This document shows positions 53,201 through 64,000 of a stretch of 64,000 bases of DNA, piece after piece. The stretch comes from Glaucostegus cemiculus. Taxonomy: Eukaryota. The stretch's first letter is position 1; each line of letters opens with the position of its first letter. The stretch covers positions 15,562,001 to 15,626,000 of the forward strand of contig CDPCPM010000007.1 in NCBI GenBank assembly GCA_976551045.1, read 5' to 3'. A program made the translations under genes and the position numbers. The notes beneath the pieces are model-generated. The model saw only the letters and a list, made by a program, of their open reading frames with translations. It ran no database searches and was not told the DNA's origin.

Positions 53201-56200
53201 AAAGGCTGCTTTTAAATAGAATTTTATCAGACTGTAGCAATATAGTGCAAAACAAGACATGAAAAAAAGTGTGGAGAATTCAGGAAATTGTGCATAAATA
53301 TTTTGCAGATTTTATGTAATTATATTGAGAATCTAAATATAATTATTTTGTTAATAGTTATTAATTAAACATCATAATTTCAAAATCATTGCCGTGATAT
53401 GCAGTGATAGTAAACTGCAGTGAAGGGAATAATCACAATTTGTGTATTTAAGTTACATAATACCCTACTCCATCCAATAGTATAGAATGCACTTACAATG
53501 CCTGAAATATTTATAAACACAAAGACGACTGCATTGAACAATTAGTAATGTAGTCAGTCTTTTTGATAAACTGGCAAGAGATTTGCTGATGAACCTTTGT
53601 TACCCCTTTCCTCCCTCCCCTGTCTGTCACAAAACCAAGCCAGGATAACAGGCGAGTGTACAAAAATGTTTATCCTAATCACTGTCTAATGACAGGGACT
53701 TATGTCCTTAGCACAGTTGATTTGTTTCTCAGGGTTTAAATGTAGATTATTTCCATGGTGCAGGCTTAGTGTAAGCTGTTGAAAAACCACAAACACTGCA
53801 CTTCAGTCTGCATTTGGGAAGTTAGCCAAAGGTAATCTTATTAAAAGGGTATTTTTCCTACATGTAACTCCTTTGAAAGTTGCATTTGTTCAGATATCAT
53901 TGGGCCAGAAATAAATTGCTTTCAGAGTAGAACAAAAGCTTTTGGAGGAAATCAAAGGTACTGTTACCTCAGTAATTTCTCCTAAAAAATAAATAACATC
54001 AGTCCTTTGATATCTTTTGTAGAGCAATGCACTGTTTCCAAAAAAATAAGAGGGTTATCCACCTTTGCTCTATTCTTAGAATATAATTAACAGTGAAATA
54101 CACTTTAGCATTTACATTTCAAGATTTCAAAGCTATATTTCAGATCCAGTTTCTAATAGGAAATGAATTCAACTACTATCACATAAATAAAAAATCTAAA
54201 TGAAGACATTGAATCCAAACACCATGCACATTCAAAATCAAGGTAGGCTTGAAACATTCTTTGTTGTAATTGTTGTTACAATTCTAGTCTGTGTCACTAA
54301 TTGCAAAAATATACCAAATGCACAGCATGATGGAAATATATGGTGCAGCTGTGTCTTGGCTGTCAGCTGTATGCTGATATTTTAGAATATATTTTATATG
54401 TTTTATTATTTCCACCATTTGTAAAGTTATTTTTACTAGTGTATAAAAGTCTGCAAAATGACAATGTGTTGCAAATCAATGAATTGTAATGCCTGGGGGA
54501 TGGAGTTTAACACAATGAAACACTGACATATAGACATGAACACAAGCAGAGAAAGCTCTGATGCCTTGACTTCGATGTCCTGGATCTAAATAGGATCCAG
54601 TCAGAGTACCAAATGGATATTAGTGTTTTCCCATTGAGAGAAAGACAACTTCACATATGGTGTACGTGTTAGCTGTAACAATCAAATAAATTCAAGTAAA
54701 AATAAGACTGCAATTGCACAGCAAAAATTACAGATAACTACAATAAAAAATGAGCTACAACTAAAATATGCTGCCTCATGTCAGAATATAGAAATTATAA
54801 AAGCTTCACTTGTGAAGTCTCTTGTTACTTAGTTGAATTGAGTGGTTGTGTTGTTACTGAAGAAGCAGCAGCAATGAAATATTTTACAATGCATCTGATT
54901 TGAAGTAAAATTCATGTTATTTTATTGGAACGAAAATTGCAGTGGGGTAATTTTATTTGCTTTAGTGGTGATTTCAAATTTAACACTTTCTCAGATGTGT
55001 AATGTGATTTGCAGACTAATGAAAGACATCCTTACAAACAGGCCTGCAGGGTTAATTGCTGCAATGTCTTTGCATTGAAGAATACACTTCCATAAATTTG
55101 TCATTAATATATTGGAAATATGTACTGTAGTTTTCAATGAAAGATTTATTATTGTGCCCCAGATGGTTGCCCTTGCTTATCTTCTGCTTAGGAACAATGA
55201 CAACTGTTCCTTTAGTTTAGCCATTTTGGTTTTTTATCCCCCCGCTGCACATCTCTGAAAATGTGTGTTCTTTGTTGTTGGCTACACTCGCAATGGTACA
55301 ACAGGCCCTCAATTTACTTTTTTCAAATAACTGTGCCCTTCAGCATGGCATTCTATTGAAAGGAACAGTGCCTCACCAGAAAAGTTCAGTACAACCAGCA
55401 ATAAAACACAAGTGCTGCCTTGTCAAGTCCCAAATGATTACTTGGACAAGTGCCTTGGAGTGAGGCAAACATTATAAAACAACGCTTGAAACAGTGAAAA
55501 CAAAGAGCCAATTCACTCTCTCCATTACTTTTAATGTCATTTGGTAAACACAATTACTGCATCTTTGGCACCGATCACAAGCACCTTGTTAGCTGATGTG
55601 TAGATACAGCCTGTAGGAATTAGTTTCCCAAATGAGCATATTCGAGAAAGGATAATGTGAGAAGTTTGCAGGTTTTGAAGGCTTGTATGTAATTTGTATA
55701 ATTTTGATAATCTCAGGCTTTTTATGAATAAATAGTTGGAACTGCAATAGCTTTGAAGCTGTGTAAACCCTAACAGGAGTGCTACAATTATGGAAAGTGC
55801 CTTAGAATGTTTTTGAACATTAAAGGCACCATCCCGAAATTGATGGCTGATTTCTGTTCGTATCACAGTATCACCAAATCTCAATTTAAGATGCCGGAAG
55901 TGGCAGATCTTTGTGGATTTTCACAAATAATTTTATTGCTGTGTCAGGAAATTTACCAACCAAATTTTTGATTAGTTACTAAGAACTAATGCCTGTTTTC
56001 AAAAGGCTAAATTATCTGTTCTTCAAAGGGGATTTGGTGGCACCTTTTTGCTCTAATGTCTCAGATCAATGCCCTTCAGTTACACTCACACCATCTTTTT
56101 AAGAAATCTGTAAAATATCAAATCTTCATCAACAGTGGGCAAGCTTTTAAAATACGTGTATCTAATTAAATAATGTAAGGAGCAAGAATCTATAATAAAT

Positions 56201-57466
56201 GTCTACAGGTTAATATTTTAAAATTTAATTATACAATACATAGCAAAAATAAAAACTAAACAAAGGTGTATTTCTTTCTTCAGCTGTAGAGTTCACAAAT
56301 ATTAAATGACCATTGATGCATTTTATTGTTCATTTTTAGCTTTCTACTTAACTAGCCATTGATAACAGCTATTCACTTTCAATATTTTTTCAGAATCACT
56401 GACATCCCCAGGATGGATTGGGCAAAGAGTGCCTCTGTAGGTGGATGCAGTTCTTCTTGTGCAGATTTGCTTTGGCATTTATCTGTTCTATAACAGCTTG
56501 AAGAGTGAAATGTTTTTGAAGTATTTTAGTTGCATGTAGATGTCTTTATATGTATTTCTCCGTACAGCTTAGTTACAACAATCATATCAATTTGTCAGTG
56601 CTTCTGTATCATTTTCTCTGTTTCATCATCTAATCTCTTTTGTCTTATCTTTGTGTATGCACTTTTAAATTGTTACCCAAATACACATACACCTGCATTT
56701 GACAACAATAACCTCTGTATACTTAGATGTACTTGTAGCAAGGGAGCTTGTTTGATTAATGACAATTCTAGTTATTCTTGTTATTGTGAAATATCATTAA
56801 TTAATAATTTTGAGTACCTCCTTTCTTAAAAGCAAAGCAAATCCATTTAAAAGGATAATAAACTTAAAACAAAATATTTGCTATAATATTGAAAGAAAAC
56901 AAAAGGATATGGTCATAAGGAACTACTGATGTTTATGAATTGTTGGAAATTACTTAAATAAGGTCTTCTTACACATTTGAAAACCAAACCTAACAATGTG
57001 GACCACAGCTTTGTTCGTCTGCTCTACTAGATTTTAAAATGAAAGCTGTAATCTGTATTACATAGGATCATTAAATTCTGCATTTTACACTTGAGCAACT
57101 GCATTTTGATTATCTACTGCATTTCAAAGTAAGCTGATTTGCTTCTTGAGACTTAATTACTTGCTGCAGATTTCCCATTATTATAGTCAGTTCATAAACA
57201 TGGTTGAAATTGGAATTAAGATGATGCCGTGAAGTGATAAACAAACACTAAAGTGTTTACTTTCACCACAAATGACTAAAAACCCAAAGTGATACAAGCA
57301 GTACATAGCACAAAGATTTACATCATTATTATTGACCTCAGTTGTTAATTTTAAGTTCCATTTCCTCAAGAACCAAATAAAAGAAAAACACAGCAGTCTT
57401 CACTGTTATAACTATTTTTACAATTGAGTTGACAGTAAAGAAGCTGATGTCTTACTATTATAATCA

Positions 57467-57715
57467 ATTTATTTATTTATTTGTTTATTTATTTATTTAC
57501 AGCGTGGTAACAGGCCCTTTCGGCCCAATAAGTCCACACCGCCCATTTTAAACCCCCAAATTAACCTACCCGTACGTCTTTTAGAATGTGGGAGGAAACC
57601 GGAGCACCCGGAGGAAACCCACACAGACACGGGAGGACGTACAAACTCCTTACAGTCAGCGACGGGAATCGAACCCCGATCGCTGGTGCTGTAACCACTA
57701 CGCTATCATGCCGCC
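57467..57715 (-). mobile_element. tRNA-derived V-SINE, tail type A, with a 14-bp deletion in the head
   Basis: Very similar to the 28348 and 34837 copies, with a longer (taaa)n tail. Reads 'ctgtaaccactacg' instead of 'ctgtaacagcgtcgtgctaaccactacg'. Confidence 0.92.
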
Positions 57716-60700
57716 TTTTTAATATTTACCCTTTTTGTGGTCCTGGAATTTTGAATTACTGTAAAACTGTCCACGCAATCAATGAATAAGGATATAAACT
57801 GTTACTTCTAATGGAGATGTGTTTTATAAAGTAATCAGCTATAAAGAGAAATCATATTAAGTATTTGCTACATGCACTACAAGATATCAGGTAATTCAGA
57901 AGGCATATCATTGCAGAATGTGAGTTTGTGTCCTTTCTAACCACTGCTGGTAGGCTTGAAAATGTTGTAATACACCTTCTTGGGTCGAATGATCATATAA
58001 AATTTCCATTCTATATTTTGTTTAAATCATCCTACTTTCCTTTTAATTTGGATCAAATATATTGGTTTTAATTTCCAAGTATTTATTTGCTAGCCTGAGT
58101 GATTACCATTGGTGAATTATTATCTTTAAAATATTCCGCTACTCCATAAGTATACCAATTGATTAATTTACACCAATAAATTGGCATTGTCAGGATTTTC
58201 ACTTGATTAATATTTTTATGCAGCAGTAATGAGTAATGAAATGTTTGATGTTGTTTCTGCAATGTAACTTATAAAGCGTAAAGATTTGTGTTAAGAAGGT
58301 CTCTAACCAATGTTGTGCAATAGATTATGTAAACACCATACTGGTTGGAATGTAGTTCATGTAATAAACTCCATTGTCACCATATAAAATAACACAAAGG
58401 TATTTTATTCCCCTAATGAAAATGCCAAATCCCCGACAACAAAACAATAAACAAATAGAACTTCTTCCTAGAATAAAGAATCGATATGCTAATTGAATGC
58501 ATCAGTTACTCCCATTAAAGATTCACAAAGTACATTATATATATGTAAATATGTAAACACTCTAGGCAAGTAGATCTGTACAAAACATTTACCTTTTAAT
58601 CTGATATGGAAGAGGGAAAAGACTCTATTAGCATTACAAGACTGTTGATAGCAATTTCCATGGCTTACTAACGGTATTATATGAAACAGTTTAAGAGGCG
58701 TCTCTCTTTCCACATTGTTAGTTCTTACATTTATGATAGAAATGAATCATAATCAGAATGCCATTTTCCATTTTTGCCATTAAAGCCTGTCCAACAATTA
58801 TTGTTGGTATAGTCTTACCACACAGTATGTTGACTGATCCCCTTTGATTTTATTGGAATAATTTTGAATATTTAAAAGTAAACAAGGCTGTCTGCCTCAG
58901 CTCCATTTTGCACAATCTGTGGTGACTGCTAATTCTGCAAATGCACTTTCCACTGAAGCAGTCATTAGATCTGATTGTTGGTGAGCTTTTATGGCTCTAT
59001 TGTTATTAATGGAGGCTCTCTGTATAATGATATAAAAAGTCAGCTGCATCATTGAACTCAGTCATTCTGTCAAATACTTGAGGCACTATGATGCCACTAA
59101 GATGCATTTTCCCTTGTTTGAACAACAACAAAAATGATTTCACTGAGGTGAACTGGGGCATTTTTATTTTCCATATGTTTCCACTGTATCCTGCTCCTTT
59201 TTTGTTAGATAAAGTCTCTGATATTTTTGAGGCAACAGAATGTTTTGACTATCATGGATCATGCTCTCTGAAACTCTTCACTGACTCACCTCATGTTTCA
59301 GAAAACTACAATGTGACGTTATCTTTGCAGGGATGTTAGGGAGTTACACACAAAGTTTGCAGTTGAGGTGTTTGTTGACTAATACAAAATGTGAACCAAT
59401 TTGTGTCATCTGAGACCAGCTAGACATCTATTAATGTGATGCAGAAAAATATGAACAATACTTCAATCAGAGTAATTATTTCTGTCCAAATCAGTATGCA
59501 TACCGATATACATTTCATTGAGATCACACACTGAAAGTCTTACTGAGGGACTAAGGCAGATCTAAACTGATCTTTATTTTAACCTGGGGAAATCTTTCAC
59601 TAAAATAAACTGAGGTTTACATGCTGAACCTCTTCTACTGAATTAAGATTGTGACATTAATCATTATTATGCCATAAGCAATGGAAATTCACTAATTCCT
59701 AGGTGCGAGAGAGTTAATCCAACTCTCCTTTTTTCAGGTAATATTTGGACATTTCATTATCACTGTTACTGTTTATAACATTTAGGTGAATTTATTTTGT
59801 TAATTAGAAAATAGAAAGTTGCCAAATAGTTCAGCATTTAATTCAAAGAAATTCACTAATTGAATTAATACTTGTCTCTTATTGTGTTGCAGTTGATGTG
59901 AATGTCAGTTCCTTAATCAGCATTTCTGATTATAAACTCTGATTCAGCAAATTAGAAGTCCAAATCTTATACACATTAAAATGTAATGGTGGGGGAGGGG
60001 GTCACCCTAGAAATCACTGGCAGCCACTACCTAAATCTAGATGAAACTAGTTCTGACTAGGGACATGCACGTCACTGTTGATTTACATCAAGGAGGCCTA
60101 GCCTATTTATTCTTTCACAGCAGGTGATGACACGTGCTGAAGTGGCTTGTGAAAGTGTCCCATCACCTGATAGTCAAGCTTAATAATTTATCAATGGCTT
60201 GGATTTCAGACACTGAGAGCTGGATGGTTTTAGTGTCCAGTGCACACAGGAGTAATCCTGCGAATCTCTCTGCTTTGGCCAGTGGCAAACTCAACTCAGA
60301 GGATTTTAACATCACTGCAGTGAAAAACAGCCACTCTTTAAAGGAAAGGTTAAAATTGTAAAATACATGCTCAGGAGAATTTTAGCATCTTTTTGGAAGA
60401 GGAAAGGAAGGCAGGTAAAAAGGGAAAGAGGTATTGTGTTGAGTGTATGTGGAAGGCAGAATATAAAGAAATGGTAGGCCTGCTTTTGCGCTTTAGCATA
60501 TGTTTGTTCAATAATTCATAATTGTTTAAAAAAAACTGACACCGTAGTCACTAAGCAGCAGATTTACTGTTTAGAGTGTTAACAAACATCCATTTTTAAA
60601 GAGAAGCAAGCTTCCATCTTTGATAATCAATCATTGGGTTCACCTGAGCAATACAGTATTATAGTCAAGGTCTCATGACCACAAACTGCTCACATAACAA

Positions 60701-62666
60701 CTTTGCCTTCTTCAAAAAAAAATGGTAAATGAAATATAGGTTTAGCTTATTGCTTGGTCATACCAGGTTGATCTAAAATCTTAGGTAGAATTTGTTAGAC
60801 TACATTAGTATTTCATTGGAGATATATATAATAACCTTGTGACTAAATTTGGCTTTGTTATTAATGGATTAATGGAAGAGTGTAGGTAGTATAATAAAGT
60901 AGCATTATATTACTTTGAAATAATTATTTTGTTTTCAGTTTTAAGGTAGGTTGTTCAAGTTCCATTGTTAACCTTGCTCAACAGTTCAGCATCCTTCTTT
61001 CTCCATTTAATGGAATATACCTCAGATGATGATTAATTACACCAGGCTGCAGGAAGGATGGTGGTGGAAGGCAGTTGCTACCTTCTTGCTCAGACTTCTC
61101 TAGACAGCTAGCCACATTAATGTTTGTTTGCTCAAATGACTGTAAATGACCTCTTGTCTTCACCACAGTGGCTTGTCAAATCAAAAACACTTAGAAGACA
61201 TAATTTTCAAAAAACGCATGTTTTTAAAAGATTTTTTAATTGTATTATCTGCCATCTACTTCATTATGAACCTTTATCCAGCTAATGTTCCAAAACTTTA
61301 AGAGTATAAGATAAAACAACTTGCATTAATTTATTTGGTACAACTTTTTATGCAAGGTATCTTGACTATGTCCTCATAGTAGTATATATACACACAGTGT
61401 ATATAAGAATATTTTATTGTGCTATTTTTAGATTACACAGTGTTTTAAATTCCAGAACTATAAAGAATTCATGAACTGAATTCCATATTGACATTCACAG
61501 CTGAAGTTATCATGAGTTGATGTAGATCAAAATCTAGAACATGAATATGATTTTTTTCATTGCTGTGTTTCAAATATAAGTTCTGTGAATTTAAGAATTA
61601 AATAGCAAGTCAGTGTAGGAAAATCTGCAAATTGAGTAGGACTGTAGATCACATTTAGTTAGAAAAAGCACTTTCTTACAATAATAGTTTGTGATCCTTG
61701 TTTTTTTATGTTAAAATACAGCAAGAATATATAATATATGTAATCTTCTGCATCCGTCATCGATATCACAGCTCACTAAATAATGCCTAATGTTTATTTC
61801 ATTTAGCAGAGCATCTAACACTGGGTTGTACACCAGGGGCTGATTATCATAATTATACAAGTTTCTATGGCAACCTACAAGTCTATCAGTTTTGATTCAT
61901 TATATTGGTATACCTTATAGCATTTTCCAAATATTGGGTGAACAGGAAAGTCACAATCTCAATGTTACTATAAAAATACAGCTAAAAATTATATTTTGGT
62001 TTTGAATTGTGTTGTTAATTGCATTTGTTCTTCTTTGGCACTTCACTAATGCATTAGTTAATTGTAGCCTCTTTGTCTAAAATCTAAGGGAAATACATAG
62101 CAATTATGATATGTTCAATGTGTAGGGTTGATTAAAAAAAAACTTGTTGATGGCATTACTTGGTCTCTCTCCGTTGAAGTATGCAATTTGTATTATTTTT
62201 TCCACCCACTAAGCCACCCACCGGATTGTAATAAAATTGGCTTTGAAAGAACAAAAGTCCATGCATATTAAGTAATTAATAGTGCACCACTAATTAAAAT
62301 GGTTTTCTAAACCTCCTTTTAATATCTGGATCTACAGTCATAACAAGTCTTAACATTGCTACCAATGTAGCAACTTGTTTTGGCAGCATTATCTTGATTG
62401 GTCACTTTTGATGTATGTGGAGTGGTCAGAGTACCTGGTATTTTGTTTCCTTCAGGCACAGAACATGGGCTTCATTGACAAGGTAATATTTAATCTCACT
62501 GTCTTGTGGTATTCAAAAAGATGGTAGGGACCTGCCTCTTGCTTACCCAATTCAGAGGGCAGTTGAGAGTCACCCATTGGAGTCAAATATGGGCAAGACT
62601 AGGAAATGCTGGCAAAGTTCCTTCCCTAAACCAGATGGTTTTTCAATGACAACCTGGTGGGTTCAT

Positions 62667-62800
62667 GGAGACACAAGAGAGACTGCAGATGCTGGAAATC
62701 TAGAGCAACGGACACAAAATCCTGGAGGAACTCAGCAGGTCAGGCAGCATCTATGAAGAGTCCTGATGAAGTCCTGATGAAGGGTCTCCACCCAAAACAA
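62667..62800. mobile_element. Penelope terminal-repeat fragment with an inverted hammerhead-like segment
   Basis: 'gacacaagagagactgcagatgctggaaatc...ctggaggaactcagcaggtcaggcagcatct' matches the unit at 35775, followed by 'gtcctgatgaagggtctccacccaaaac'. Confidence 0.8.
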
Positions 62801-63609
62801 TTAACCACTGTATTAATATGTAAACATTGAAAAGGCACAAAAATATTCAAGGGTTAGTTGAAGCCAGTTCTAGAAGTTCTTGAACAACCACTCCTCATAA
62901 CACACATCTAAAAGCAGGACTTAGACAAAATATGAGAAATTAAGTCTCAGCTAAGGGAAGTTAAAGAAGTGACTGAAGCAAAGTTGTGTTTCAAGCGCAA
63001 GGCTAAATATTAATGGTAAGTGCATGGAAGGTACTTAACTGTGATCTTAAAATATTTGAGTATTGTGACAAATAATTGAATGTTATAGTGTCTCTTTAAC
63101 ATGTTAAATGTCATGGTTATAAATTACCATCATCGATACTAGAACTAATAAATAACATGTAAACTAAGACCCACAGTATTAGGTCAGATGGCCCATCAAA
63201 GCTGCTTCATGAGAGCTGGAATATCTTGATTAGTCACCTAGCACCCACCACCCTCACAGACCACCATCCCACACCATCCCACCCCCTCCTCTTCTACAAC
63301 CATGTAATCTGCTGAGCGAGGCAGAAAATTAGAGAAAACTCCCTGGGCCACACAAGTCATAAAGTACTTCAACTGTTTCAGACGATCAAAGGCAGTTCAG
63401 GAGGTCACATTCCTGTAAAACTACTTCTTTATGAGGCAATTTCTGAACCAGCTCACATGAGAGCATGCAGAGAAATGGGACCCACCACAACTAGAAACAC
63501 AGTTTCCTCAGAAAGGAAAAGCCCCGACTATCCAGTTAATTGCTACACTTTGATTATTTAAAATTATATCTCAATTTCCTCCTCAATCAGAATAGTCCAC
63601 CAATGGGCA

Positions 63610-63798
63610 AATTATCAGTCTATCTGCACTGCACTGCCTCTGAAGCTGTGGCACTTTACTCTGTATTCTGTTATTGTTTTTACCCTGTACTACCCCAATG
63701 CACAGTATAATGAATTGATCCATGTGAATGGTATGCAAGGCAAGTTTTTCACTGTACTTCAGTACAAGTAACAATAATAAACCAATACCAATACCAAT
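63610..63798 (+). mobile_element. Rex1/Babar-like LINE 3' UTR
   Basis: Ends 'ttttcactgtacttcagtacaagtaacaataataaa' plus (ccaata)n, the same architecture as the tail at 37905-37960. Confidence 0.7.
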
Positions 63799-64000
63799 CT
63801 GTCATGTAACCCTTAAGGCAGATTTGGTTCTCCTACAACCAACAGATTAGATTAAAATACCACAGTCCCGTCACACCTTGTCATGACTGGTAGTGGAAAA
63901 TTATCCAACTAATTGGAGAAGGGGGAAATCCATTGGATATTATCATTCTCAACGATGGCAGTCTAAGCACATGAGTAGGGAAGACAAGCCAGGAGTATTT

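Noticed and set aside
13-63774. The ~100 short ORFs in the supplied track as host genes
   Set aside because: Lengths are as expected by chance, many start at non-ATG codons, and I recognise no domains. The exceptions are retroelement pieces and the eEF1A fragment.

Overview
AT-rich, CpG-depleted vertebrate non-coding DNA. The repeat content (V-SINE/HE1-like SINEs, a Deu-domain SINE, many CR1 LINE 3' fragments, Rex1/Babar-like LINE pieces, Penelope remnants) points to a cartilaginous fish, probably a batoid (inference). I find no intact host protein-coding gene. Most listed ORFs look spurious; the recognisable coding pieces are retroelement remnants and a short eEF1A C-terminal fragment. The window has two long transposon-poor stretches (~9.1-28.3 kb and ~48.4-62.4 kb) with blocks resembling conserved non-coding elements, flanking a transposon-dense middle (~28.3-48.4 kb) with several nested insertions. 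This suggests a gene desert or large intron of a developmental regulator. The most unusual items are: an eEF1A last-exon-like fragment inserted into a Rex1-like LINE with a ~20-bp target duplication and no poly(A); two SINE subfamilies sharing a head and V-core but carrying tails matching different partner LINEs; decayed hammerhead-ribozyme motifs in Penelope termini; a candidate solo LTR inside a LINE; and a micro-scale duplication-inversion-duplication. I cannot support a claim of a wholly new biological system. All family calls are by eye and coordinates of old repeats are approximate.
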